Origin: Trichosphaerium sp. ATCC 40318
Lineage: Eukaryota; Protista; Tubulinea
Assembly: GCA_038496445.1 (NCBI GenBank)
Contig: JALMLS010000385.1
Span: 62,001 to 126,000, forward strand
DNA length: 64,000 nt
Reading direction: 5' to 3'
Within the stretch, counting starts at the first letter, position 1. Each line of letters starts with the position of its first letter. Below, one piece after another: positions 1 to 13,069 of the stretch. The position numbers were made by a program, and so were the translations under genes. The notes under the pieces were generated by a model, which did no database searches, had not been told where the DNA came from, and saw only the letters and a program-made list of their open reading frames with translations.

Positions 1-1501
1 GCTTCTCCTCTCCAAAATAGGCACCATACCTCATGTTGAATTGAGATTCAATTTGACCATTATCATACCATGACTTTTGCTCTCCATGCTGCTTTCCATC
101 GACATAGAGATTCAAGTGTTTTAACTGACCATTGTCGTACCATTCTTTAACCTCTCCATTCTCTTTTCCATTAATTACATTCCCCAAACGTTTCAGTTGT
201 CCGTTGTCGCACCACTTCTTTATTTCTCCATTCTTCTTGCTACCAACAAAAGTACACTGCAGCTTGAGCTGTCCATTCTCATACCACTCATTGAACTTTC
301 CTTCTCGCCTATTGTTGATGTAATTACAGTGCCCTCTCAGTTGGCCATTCTCATGCCAACTCTTGTAGGCTCCTTCAATTTTGTTGTTAACATAACTACA
401 CAGCTCCTCCAATTGGCCATTGTAATGCCAACTCTTATACTCTCCATGTTGTACTCCATTAGCATAGTTATTACACATCTTAAGTTGACCATATCTGTCC
501 CACTCCTTGGACTCTCCATCTAACTTACCATTGAAATAGCTAGTTTGTTCCCTCAATTTACCATTCGTGTAATGTGTCTTCTCCTCACCGTGTATTTCTC
601 CATTGACATAGAAACAGTGTACCCAAAGAGTACCATTCCAGTGCCATCTCTTGTATTCACCTTCTAATTTGCCATTAACATAATGACGCTGCTCTCTCAA
701 TTGTCCGTTGATAGATCGCTTCTTCTTTTGTTTACTTTTGGTATACGGCTCGGCTTCCAATTGATGCTCACAGCAATCCCATAATGAGTCATTGTGGTAT
801 TCCCAACATTCATTGTAATAATCTATAATCTCGTCCATATCAACTCGTTTTGTAGTGGTGTTACTTTCAATATACCAATTCTTATAATCTCCATGTAAAA
901 CACCATGTTGAAAATGAGCTACAACCTTCAAAAACAATTGTATTAGGACTTGCATTTGGTTAAACACAGTATTAGGATAATTACATATTTTGTTGACATG
1001 CGTAAACATTCACCACGTGGTGTGAAAAAACGACAATCAAAGTGGTTTCGTGGAAAATGAGTTTGATGGTACTATGAAAATCTATTTGATTTTTGTCCAA
1101 ACAACAGTCAGCGACGTTTCTAAGTCTCAAATGTTGATTTTCTTACTGTTTTGCGAAAATCCAAGAAAAACAAAAAAACGATGTACAGTACCTTGGTATT
1201 TGTGTACACTAGATTACCTCGTGAGATGCTTTTATGATAGTTCTTTGCGTTTGTAGTATTCTTTTTCCATTTCCCATGTTTTTCCAGTTTGTTATCGAAC
1301 CTTGTTGTCGTTGCTGCTTGTTTTGATAGAAGAGGCCATATTAGATACATTTCAAAGTCTAAATCAATAATATCACGCTGTAATTCAAGTGGTAGTTGGA
1401 CCAGACGGCAAATATGTCGCTGTGAGCCTAATCTTTTCTTAGCAATGTAAAACTGTATTTAACGCTGAACTACCTTGTGTCTTTGTGTTATGTTCTGTCA
1501 T
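1..1501 (-). CDS. F-box + MORN-variant (YwqK-like) repeat protein; runs off the left edge of the window
   Basis: Manual splicing: ATG at 1501, short intron, exon with LVQLPLELQRDII (F-box-like), intron ~926-1194, then an open frame to base 1 with repeats such as LHGDYKNWY, NGQLREQRHYVNGKLEGEYKRWHWNG and KSWYDNGQIE. Confidence 0.75.
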
Positions 1502-2427
1502 GTCCAAGTTTTCAAAGAGGTGAGGTGTCTTCAGTGTGGTTGTCAAAATTATGTTAGGTTAGGCTGCTGCACCGTTCAGCATCTATTCAAAGAAATCAGA
1601 GAAAGAGAACTTCCCCAGGCTTTCTATCGAAGTACCTAATACTACCACCATTCTTCTGCGGTTTTACGGGGTTTTTTGCTGATAGTGCTGTTATTATAAG
1701 TTCGCAGGTCTGTGTGAACCAAAAAACCAACGGCTTATTTTTTTTGGAAAAGACAAATTGTAAACTTAACTATTTACTAGAATTCCGCACAACTCCGATA
1801 GTTTATGTCAATAACACTTTGTATTATGAATCACAGTATGTGTGTGTACTAAACCGTAATTAAGTTCTATTTTAAGCTGACTTGTGACAAGTAATAAAGA
1901 AAATATAGTTTATTAAAATGCCTTCAAGGTAGTACTTCTTCTTGATGGAGAAGTAATATACCTGTGCGGTAGCGTCTGTTATACATACAAAATTACGAAG
2001 CTCGTTTAACCAACTCTAAAACAAGTGCATGTTTTCATTTCTGATTTAGGCACAGGAAGTAAAAAAGATAAGTTGCTAATGGAGAAGAACAAAAAGGTTT
2101 TCGATTCGCAATATGAGACGTTGCTCTTACTTTCCCACCTACCATACCATCAGGTGGTTTAATGTTTCTATTCATACAATCACAAGAGCAAATACTCGCT
2201 GAATGTGAACAACAGGGTAAAGAACGAGATCTTGATACTTCAGTTTATCACTAAGATAAGAAGCAATGTAGTTATAGTGACCCTTGTTACAAGGGTAGTA
2301 AGCGAGAATAGAATAGGAGCTTAGCTAAGCAAAAAGTTGAATGATAAAAACTGCACATTGTGTAGCAATTACTAGCAGATCCAAATTCCAATATGTGGCA
2401 TACAGATATCAACAAATACTGTATGGT

Positions 2428-2764
2428 AAAACAGAATACTCGAAAACAGTGTAATCGTTTAGTTGCACGTTTTTCAAACCAAAACATCGCTGAAACGGTA
2501 CTCAATACGTCAACATAGATAGCTCAAGGGTGTATGGCGTATTAAAATGTGCATTATCCATATTTAGATAATACAAATAGATATTTCAGTGAAGGTATAG
2601 ACAACAGAACCTGAAAATAGAAGATATTGGCTAGTTGCACGTTTTTTCAACCAAAACTTCGCTGAAGGTTTCCACGTGTGTAAATAGCTACCACAAGCCT
2701 TTAATAGCGTTTTGAAATGTGCATTATCCATATTTGAGTAATTACAATAGAATTTTCAGTGAAA
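2428..2764. repeat. Degenerate tandem duplication, unit ~172 bp
   Basis: AGTTGCACGTTTTT..AACCAAAAC.TCGCTGAA at ~2461 and ~2634; AAATGTGCATTATCCATATTT at ~2545 and ~2715; TTTCAGTGAA closes both units. Confidence 0.75.
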
Positions 2765-2953
2765 TGCAGTCTGTATCCCACAATTTATTTCTGAGTAGTT
2801 TTTATGGGTATAAAAAGAAACGAAAATATGTTTAAAAATTGTAGCAGTTGCAGTGTGTGCACCACGCGTGGGGCTTCCTAGCCATTTGGTCGAAAACATT
2901 TAAGGGAGTCCTCCGTCTAGCTTAGTGGGTGTATGCATTGCGAGGTGGAGCTG

Positions 2954-5900
2954 TTAAAGTTCCATCTTAATCCGACGTAGTGTGAAAGCTTGAATCGTTA
3001 CATTAGCCAGCATGTCCTCGTAAGTAGCACGTAATTAACTTAGGAACTCGGTCTGGGCCAAGAAAATTATAAGGTCCGATATAGAGGTGAGTTCTGCCGT
3101 TAGGGAAAAGCTCTATATAAACTTTGATTAGGTGATAGTACCTATGATCGTTCTTTTTGCTCAACAGTATTTGTGCATGGTAAGACTAGAGTTTTCTATG
3201 TTTGAGCAGCAGACCACTTCTAGCATCTTGAAGGCTGATGGCTCTTACAACAACGAATCTGCTAGTCCATACATAGGTATAAAACTTGTGGATCCATAGA
3301 TTCTAATCTGGGTGATTAAAAAAGGCATGTTCTTACGTTGTCTAAAAATACCTTGGCGAATATGAAGATATTCAGCTAATGATCTGAGACTCAACAGGCT
3401 CCATGAGAGTCTAAGATGTAATGCTATAGACTTGCAATAGAGCTAACTTACACATGCCACTCATCTTGTTATATCTTTTCCACTACATTCAGTGTTTGTG
3501 AGCACTACCCAAAACGTAATTATGTTTGATATTAGTTATTTTTATTATATCTTTTTCTTCTGTTGTGCTCTAAGTGTAGTTTCAAGAGAAATTGTCTTTT
3601 TAAAGAACTTTTCTACTTTTCCTTCAACAAATAATGCAATGAGTAATACTACAACATTTACAATAGTAACAAGAGCTAATATAATAGCTTGACCGTCTTC
3701 TTTTCTTGAGTTAATTGTATTGATTAAATTAGTTAATCCGAAAAGCCATTCCAGAGCAAGACCTAAGCAACTAGATGAGTCAAAACACTATAAACCATAG
3801 CGATAGAAAAAACGAAAAGAATATCCTCAAGCACGTGCTACAAGAAAGAAGGTACGAAAACGATAAAGAAGAAAAAAACAAGAAAAAAAATCTTGTTGAT
3901 TTTTAGGGTTTTTTTGTTGTTCGTTGATGTGTGATCACGTGTAAATTGTGTTTTTCAAGATTAATGTATTTTTTAAAGTACCTAAAGGTAATACGATTGC
4001 TAGGAATAGAAGAAGTCCTACAATAGTAGCAACAATTTCAGCTTTTGCGTTTCTTTCTTTTGCTTTCTTGACTTTGTCCTCTTGTTTTGGCTTTTCTACA
4101 AAACAAACGAATAAGATACTATCAAAGTTATTTGAGTATTAATTTGAATGATATTGGTAAGTAAAAATTGGAAAAATTAGCACCCGGCTATTCACATTCA
4201 TTCAATGGGAAGAAAAACAGAAAAAAAAGAGAAAACTTCCAACTCTTTTCTGCTCAAGTACTTACGGCTATTTGTTGATACAGGATCTTCAAAGTCATCA
4301 AGTCTATCATCATCATCATCATCACTATTATCATCAAGTAAAACACTGTCTTCTTTACTTGGAGATAAGAAATCTTTTAAACCATCTTCGATATCTTTCA
4401 TTGTTTCTTTAACATCTTCACCTGCCTTCTTGCCAGCAACATTAGTTACAACAGTCTCAACCATATCCTCTAAAAAAATTTCCAATAAGTAACAACACAA
4501 CATACAATAGCCTTAACATACCAATCTCTTCATCCTCATGGATGATGTCCTTTGTTATATTCGTCCACGAAGACAAAACATTTCGAATGACTGGTCCGTT
4601 TATAATGACGACACCAGATATCGTTATGAGCATACGGTTGAATATAATAGGAGAGAATAGTATATATGTTATAAAGAATAGTAAATGAGTAAGCCATCGA
4701 GTAAGTGTTGGTACAAAACTCAAAAACCAAAAAGCGCGAATGAACCAAGGATAAACTAAGAAAAAAGTGAGATTTCTTCCATGACACAAAAGTGTTCATT
4801 GTTGTATTATTTTTTTACCTTTACGATGTAGAATCCATCTCTGTGCACTACGTAAACAACCAAAACAACATAATCCACCACTTGAGCATTTCTTGGCATC
4901 CTTTGGGATAAAACTGCATAAATTATCGAGAATGATAAAAAGCCCATATCCCAAGATCCACAAGCAATCTAGTGCTACTTCTATACCCTAAAAAACAATA
5001 TTAATCATCTGCACGTGTAGTAAAATTTTAAGATTTCATAAAACACGTGCCAGAATTATTTTAACAGGAAGCTGAGATTCGATATCGTAAATTTTAAGAG
5101 AAGAAATAACAGAGAATAAAGGAAGAACACCAAATAGGCCAAAGTATATTGTAATTGAATAAATGTACTTTAGTACATTATCTCTCTCACAACTCCATGC
5201 ATTAAAGGAACAACAGCAACTAAACAACATACAAAGTGAGATATAATTTGAAGCAATAACAAAGGAGTGATGGAATACTCTTGCTTAACGAAAAAAAGTA
5301 GGAATAAAGAAATGTTGACGTTTGTGTTCGTACCATTTTTTTTTCTTGTCTGGTGCTCCTGTCACTTGTAGTTCTACCTCTTTTCTTATATCTATGCTAT
5401 CGTTTAATTTTGTTTTCATGTAATCATACTCCTCTGAAGAACGACAACAACGCCAACAACAAGTACAAAATCTTGTTGTGAATACTTTGAAAAAATGAAA
5501 TTGCTGAGAAAGTTCGTCTTTAGCAAGACGTTCACCAACTGCATATGCAATAAATAGAGCTAAAACAAACGATACAATATAAAAGAATATTGTTCCGAAC
5601 GTTCCCTTGACAGGGTCTCTAATGGTACACTCTGAAAGCTAAAAAGATGTGAGGGAATGCAAACAAAAAAACTGTAAAAACAAATGAAGTTGTACCTGCT
5701 TTATACAACAATAAAGCGCGTCACCATCACCCCTGTAACACGATGTAAATCGTGAAGGTAAGTAAGATAAGAATGGCGTGTCTTTAGTAAGAACAGGTTC
5801 TACTTCGCTATCTTCTTGGTATTCATGCATGCGGAACAACACCTTCAACACAAAATTAAAAAAGTTTTTAAATGGTATTAAATTAAAAAAAAGTACACTT

Positions 5901-7479
5901 AGGCCCCAACCTCCTATCAGTTGCCGTCTTTTCAATTCAGGGATAGAATCACATAACGGCTATAAAGAGAAAGGCTAAATAAGTAATATTACTAATAAGT
6001 TATACCTTGCGAAGCTTGAAGTCTATATCAAGAGCGGGAAGAGATTTTGGAAAATGTCCATAAGACATAAAATCAACAAAATCAGCTGCAGCTTCCAACT
6101 CAACAAACGCAGTAAATAGCCATCTAGCGTATACTGTCTACAAATAAAGTTGTTACTAGGCGCATGCGTAATACATTTTTGAGACATACCTCATTCATGG
6201 TATCCATGACGTTAATTCTTAATTCTGAAATATCAGAAATTGTAGGAAGCTGTGCCACGAAGTCGTCCATTGTTTCTGTAGGTACCATGAAATCTTCAAA
6301 TTCCTGAATATCGTATATATCTAATTCAGCTTTATTGTTGCCACCTGATAGTGACCAGCAACCGTAGTCTCCTAAAGACAACTATAAATACAACAAAAGT
6401 TTGTACCTGATTTTTTGATTTTCCCAAAAAAAGGTTGATTTATCGTACGCTTGTCAACAGCCACTACTTCAGTTACATAAGCGGCTAAGAACCCATCTTC
6501 TCCGTAAAGAAACAATGCTAGATGGTACGATCCACTTTTAGGAAATGATACAGTCCACTGTTCGCTCATTGTGAAGTTTTGTGTAATTGTTTCAGTGCCT
6601 TCGTGAACTTGCACTTTAAGTACAAGGTTACCTAATAGAACATTAACGGCAAACCGAAATAAGAAGTGACAAGACAAAAATATTGATGTAGTACCTGTAG
6701 AAGGTATAGGATGCTTCTGATGAGAAGAATCATACAACAGTACATTCATAGGTAAATCTCTTTCTGAAGGCATATGTACAACGTTTTTTCTATCAGTCCA
6801 TACATCAGTATCATTGAAGGTAACATTGAGGTATCTAGGGATTCCTGCACGTTTGAGAGTATTAGGTTATAACAATCATACCGGGAGAGTAGTCAAATTA
6901 AATTAAATGGTAGCTCGTACCTGACTTTACAAGTTCAATTGTAAATAAAGTTGTGATTGGAATTAAAGTTGGTTTACTTGTAATTCGTAGTCTGAAGCTT
7001 ACACCAACCTCTCCAGTGAATAATAGTTCTACGAATATGTAAATAATAAATTGAAAGGATCTTCATTATATAAGATGCTCGTACTAGGGAATGAGACTGT
7101 TCCGTTTGATTGCATAATTGCTTTATTTCCATAAGCTGTAACTTCAATACCCTCTGATACAATTGGCTCTATAATGATTTCTATACCTTCTACACTACTA
7201 CCAGTCTCTGTATTACCTACTCGATAATTAATATTCACGTGTATAATTGAGCATTCGCCTAAAAAAGAAAGTTCGGTTTCAGGATTTTTTTGTACCAAGT
7301 TTGTCTTTGACGAAAACTGTTAAAGGCGTTTCCTCAAAGGAAAGACGTTCTTCGACAGGTAGAACTACTAGAAATTGATCATGATTGTGTGGTGAGTATC
7401 CAAGGTGCGTTGCTTGGGTCGTTAATGAGCCATACGCCAAAATGAGCACCAAAGCAAAGATTAACGCTTTTGACGCCAT
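2954..7479 (-). CDS. Large multi-exon protein of unknown function: signal peptide, long beta-rich ectodomain, C-terminal multi-TM region (may be two genes)
   Basis: Signal peptide MASKALIFALVLILAYG at 7479; ORF fragments 7029-7298, 6372-6773, 6124-6381, 5036-5230, 4457-4789 and 4198-4503 joined by short GT-AG introns; hydrophobic segments at 3600-5600; last plausible exon ends ...RRIKMEL* at 2954. Confidence 0.5.
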
Positions 7480-8193
7480 TTTCTACTACCAGTGGTTTGT
7501 TAGAGAGCTCACACGGACAAGGAAAAGAAATAAACCCATTTCGCGCTAAAAGGTAGATGATACCGAAGGTACGCCCTCAAACGTTATAATAACTGCGCTT
7601 ACTACGCAACCATTTACAGTTGAAAATACGTACTTCGCGCTTTATTTTCCCGCTATATTAATTGCAGCGCGTACAGTGCCACTACAGGTTCTATTGATAA
7701 AGTAAAAGGCCAGTCTGAAAAAGTCTGTCAAAGCCTGTGGCATCATCGCCTAATATAGCTTCAAAGCTTGTTAGTACACACAGCGCTAGCGTTCTTTGTA
7801 CTGCCAAACCGTCTACGCCAAATTCCGCTAGTTGAAATATTTTCGCCCAAACAGCGTCAAACACGTCGCGATAGGTGCCAAAAGCAATATACGCTCTTTC
7901 TCTTACTGAGTAAAACACTATAACTACACGGAGATAAAACCAGGTCTGATCTTCCCAAAAAAATAGCTCCATCTATTGCTTGACGGTTGCGTACACTTCA
8001 TGTGCTTAAAATAGACTTTTACGTTGAGTTCAAAAGCGAATTTATCACAAGTTCTCTACAGCACTCCAGAGTTACTCACTACGTCAAAACGAAACAATCA
8101 CGTGATATTTCGCTTTTTGTTTTTTGTACTCGGTTTTTTTTCTTCGCTTCTTTAAACAAGTACACAATACAATCATTTCAAGCTTCCACCGCT

Positions 8194-10985
8194 ATGGCAA
8201 CAAACGATAATGAACGAGGTCTTCCTCCCGTACCTGTGGAGGACGGTAGCCGCGCCCTTCCAGCAGCTCCAGACGACGCACGTGCTACGCCTCCACAAGA
8301 CGATACGTACCAAAGCAGTGGTTACAAAGAACCGCTTTCAGCCATTCAAACTGCGAGCCCTGCTTCTACAAATCCTATTCCTGCTACTAGCGGAGGTTAT
8401 AGAAAATCAAAAGGCTGTTGTAGTACCCTAGGCGACTACTGGACCAACGAGGGAGTCAAAGTGATATTTATTAGCATTTATGTAATTGTAAACCTTATTT
8501 TGATTGTAGAGCGCTATCATTGTACGCTAGTGTTTACTACGAACTACAGTATTACTCACACGTATTAGTTTATTGGTTTAGACAAACTGCGGCTGATTTA
8601 CCAGGGAATAGTACGATTACACCTTTCGATGTACGTTACGAAGAAATATAAAGCGCTAGCGCTCTGTTTAAAGAAGTTCATGTTAAAGACTTTACGAAAA
8701 GGGTTTTGACAACTTCTTATTTTAGGTTCTTGGTCACGGATTATGCGTAGCACGTGGTACAGCTGCTGCTATTAAGTTTAACTGCGCGTTTCTACTGATT
8801 TGCGTACTTAGAAACTTTTTATCTTTGTACGTGTTTTTCGAAAATTACGTTTTTTTTTTTTCATGTTAGTGGCTTCTGACTGTTGTCACAGCCTTCGAGG
8901 TTCGTTTGTGGGAACGTACCTTCCCATCGATAAAAATATTGTGCTTCACAAATATATTGCGTGGTTTACCCTTATACTGGTTACACTTCATTCTGGGGCT
9001 CATTTCATCAATTTCTTTCGAGTTACAGATGGCCGTGCTACAGCTGATGAATTACGTGCTTTGAACCTTGGTACTACGCCTGTCTCGTATTGGATAGTGG
9101 TATGTGCCTTCAAGCAGCCAGAAAAAAAATGCGAAAGTAACACGTAAAACGTGATACCTCTACACGTTTTTATTTTTACAAGCGACGTCAACAAGCACAG
9201 CTAGCGCTATCGCTTGTGAATTCGTTTCCTAGTGCTCCGGTTTTTTGTAGACTAACTCTGTTTTTTTAACTCCAGGTTGGTACTCGATTGCCTGGTATTA
9301 CTGGCGTTATTACTAGTATCATTATGATTCTAATGTATACATCTGCTGTCGAGTATGTTAGAAGTAATATGTTTGAGGCTTTTTGGTATACACATCATCT
9401 ATTTATACTATTCTATGGTCTTATTGCGGCGCATGGTACACATCTTAGTTCACAAATATAAAAAGCCAGTGCTTTTTCTTTAGAGATTTCGCTATCGCTT
9501 TTGCGTACTCCAGAAAACAATAACAACAAGAAAACAGTGTCTTTGTGAGATTGTAAAACTGTTGTAAACGGTTTTTTTTGTAAAAATCAAACTAATCTCC
9601 TACTCTAGGTCAACTCGAGTTACTGGAGAGATCTAGCTTCTGGCTTTGGACTTTTGGACCTTTTGTATTCTATTGCCTTGAGAGATTAGTCAGGCTTATA
9701 CGTGGTTCTCAAAAGACGATTATTTTAAAAGCTATACAGCATCCTTCGCGAGTTGTAGAGCTTAGAATGCGTAAAGTCAGTTTCAACTACCAACCAGGTC
9801 AATACGTATTTTTGCAGTGCCCTTTCATTGCTAACTACGAATGGCATCCTTTTACTATCAGTAGTAGCCCTGATGAAGATTTCTTGTCTGTACATATTCG
9901 CGTAAGTGGTTTTTCATCTACGCGACAAATACTTCTCTTTAATCTCATTTTGGGGTGGTTTTTTACTTCTATGCTTATATGCTAACTGTGCTCTTAGGTT
10001 GTTGGTGATTGGACAGGAGAACTTGCAAAACTTCTCAATCCTAACGGAGATATGGGCGTAGTGCAAGAGAACATGATTACAGCTCCAAATGGAACGCCTA
10101 TCATGCTTATAGATGGTCCATATGGTGCTGCATCCGAAGACTTTTACAAGTTTAAGAATTTGATGTTATTCTCTGCTGGTATTGGTGTTACACCTATGGC
10201 ATCCATCCTAAAGGATATGTACTATCAGATGAACAATGGAAACCTAGTAATCAACAAAGTTCACTTTTATTGGAGTAACAGAGATCGTCATGCTTTCGAA
10301 TGGTTTATTGATATTCTTACAAGTACGTTTTTTACGTGCTACGTTTTTCTTTATGTCGTCAACAAAAACTGCCTTAACCACTCATCACTTAACATTTCAA
10401 CAATCGTTCTTACAGAAATTGCACTATGTATTTAAAAAAACGGAGTTGGTGTATTTTTAGAGGGAAATCTGAGTTTTATTCAAAGTCACGTGATATTTTC
10501 TAATCGCTATGTCTAGACATGGAAAAAAAAGCAGGGATTGATTTCATTGAGATAAATATATACCTCACATCCAGGCTTTCGCCTGATCAAATTAAATCTG
10601 TCATGGCTGCTGGTGATGATGTACCTGATCAAGTAACAGGGTACTACATTTTTTCCTATTTTTTTCTTTGCTTTTTTGGAACGACAAAAAAACCAATCGT
10701 ACTGAAGTCGGACCTGTGCTAAGTTTTAATTTTGAACTACGTAATAGTTGTGTTATTGTTTGAGCTTCTTTTTTGTTGATTTTTTATTTAAGGCTTGAAG
10801 CAAGAACGAATTATCATCGTCCTAAGATTGATCAAATATTCCGTCAACAAGAACAAAGATACAAAGGACAAAAAGTAGGTGTATTCTTCTGTGGACCTCC
10901 TGTATTTTCTAAAAAACTGAACGCTGCTGCTAAAAAGTATACAAGACATGGTACTAAATTTGTATACCACAAGGAGAATTTCTAA
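8194..10985 (+). CDS. NOX: NADPH oxidase, gp91phox/NOX-type flavocytochrome without EF-hands, with N-terminal extension
   Basis: Heme His motifs HKYIAW..HSGAH and FWYTHHLF..AAHG; FAD motifs PGQY, EWHPFTISS and GDWT; NADPH motifs DGPYG, AGIGVTP and GVFFCGP; C-terminal YHKENF; multiple GT-AG introns. Confidence 0.96.
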
Positions 10986-11355
10986 GTTAGTTACAAAGTA
11001 CAAATTAGACCCAACCATATAATGTATAATAAAGCCCATTAAGTTGACTCTTAATTTTAATTTTGAACGATGACAGGTTCAATGGCTTGTGGTGTTTATG
11101 GTAAAATACAACCTCTTTAGAAGTCACTTCGATAAAATTTATCTGAAATGTGGCGATGTTTCGGCCTAAAGTCCAATGAAAGCTCGTTGGTTGTAACGTT
11201 TAGTTCCTAACCCAACTTATCAGAAGATAACTTAGAACAACACCAATACTCCAGGAGTATAAGGAGAAGACTCACCAATAGTAACAACATAAGGTAGCGG
11301 CATCTGAAGTAAAATAACTGCTAGTGTAATAAAACAATACTAAAACCGTTACAGT

Positions 11356-12367
11356 ATGACTTCAACGAGCATCTCAACTATTCCTACAGAGTTATTACAT
11401 GATATATGCGCTGTAGCATCTGGAAAAGATTTACTAACAATATCTGCGTTAACTACACGCTTCGTTGACGCCTCAGGTAATAATTAAAACTGTTTTAACA
11501 TGAATAATAACTTTAATCGTTTAGAATCGGCTTTCAGGCAAAAAATCAATAAAAAACTACAAAGACAGGTACTCCCACGCCCACTGACATTCTTAAAAAG
11601 ACAATAACAACAAATCGTTAACGTTTTTTTTTCTCATTCAAGCCGACACCTTCTGAGACCTGGAAAATGCAGTATTTTTGCCTACAGCACTTGTATTGTA
11701 CTCATAAATCGAAAGGATGGAGAGGGCAAGAAATAAGTATTTTTCCAGATGGTACAGCGGTTATTTGAACTGAATTATTGTAAAAACCTTAAGGGCTCTT
11801 TATAATATTTATTTGGGTTAGGTACATTTAAAGGATTCTTTATTATTCACCAAGGATGTGGATGGTCACATCGTTTTGAATTTGAAGGAACGTCTACATT
11901 CTCTTTGGTTGAAAGTGGCGTAAAAGGAACCTTTTTGCCTTCTTCTGTAGTTTACAGCTATCATAGTAAACGCAAATGGCAAAGAGGCGAAACAGTAAAA
12001 GTAACAGAAAAAAGTAAGTTAATTTAAAAATATTTTTTTGCACTATTTTTAGCGTCGACTTGGCTCTAATCAATTTTCCGAAAATCTATGCTAACTCACC
12101 GCGTTTTTGTACAAGCTTAACAAAGAATTCAAAACACGTCATTTCTTTGACAAACGGCAGCTGTTTGATCTCAAAATTAGCCAAAGAGCCATCCAAGAAT
12201 TAAGGGTTTTTTGCTTATGATTTACCTTCTGTCTAGATAGGAATGTTTTAGTACCAACAAAAGGTGGTATGGTTGCGCCTGTAGAATTTAACATAACTTT
12301 TACACGCCTTGGTAAGGCTGAAAATGGATGGGATAAGGAAATGAAAGAACAAGCAAGTGCCGAATAA
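11356..12367 (+). CDS. F-box protein with unrecognised C-terminal domain
   Basis: MTSTSISTIPTELLHDICAVASGKDLLTISALTTRF is F-box-like; several short introns; last exon NRNVLVPTKGG...EQASAE* ends at 12367. Confidence 0.65.
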
Positions 12368-12507
12368 ACTTTTTTTTTATTCACAATTTGATTAACATCC
12401 AACTTAGATGATCAGAAAGCATATAGGTGTATTTGGTTGTGGTATGGGATAGCACCTAGTATTACATAATACCATGCTGTAAAAATAATAAAAAACAAAG
12501 AAAATAC

Positions 12508-12676
12508 AGAATGGGGAATCTGGAAGTATAAAGAAGTACTGTTCTCCCACACCATCAATATTTTGAGCCCTCAGTCTCCGAACACGGACTATAGCACTCC
12601 GGCCCTCATTATGGGGAAGATTGGTATTGATGGTGAGAAAAAAACACTTCCATCAAACTTCCAGATTTTCCCTTCT
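12508..12676. repeat. Imperfect fold-back (hairpin/MITE-like) element
   Basis: Left arm GGGGAATCTGGAAGT...GAAGT...CACCATCAATA pairs with right arm TATTGATGGTG...ACTTC...ACTTCCAGATTTTCCC. Confidence 0.55.
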
Positions 12677-13069
12677 AAGATGTCCACATACCTTCAAAAA
12701 AAAGCGTGAGTTTAAAATACTTCCAGACAATGCTCCGTCAAGTGAGAACAGCGAATTATTGTTGTTCATTGTACAAGTTAAAGACTCGTTTCTTGAAAGT
12801 GTTTAAAAGAGAACCCGTTACTTTTTTTTTGCAGACAGTCAAATAAAGTAATTATCACGTGATAATTAGTGCTTAATTTTTCAGCACGTGATCAGTAACC
12901 ACGTGACTACCTTACCAAACTCACAACTCGGTTAACTTTATCAGTTACAACCACCTAACAGAAACTTTTAACGTTCAAGTACGTAAAACATAACCAACGT
13001 ATTTAACGGATATTAAGGTTAATCAACCACGGTTTTGTACATTACGTTTTAGACCATTATTTTACCAAA

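Noticed and set aside
132-523. Plus-strand ORFs 132-323 and 197-523; also 13306-14093(-), 4205-4492(+), 21009-21341(-) and similar
   Set aside because: Antisense shadows of real repeat-rich genes on the opposite strand.
540-560. Apparent frameshift in the first MORN gene
   Set aside because: Careful reading gives TTG AGG GAA CAA; the frame is intact.
7780-9500. Recurrent AGCGCTAGCG / CGCTATCGCTT motifs around and inside the NOX gene (also at ~32391)
   Set aside because: Too few and too short to establish significance without a computed background.
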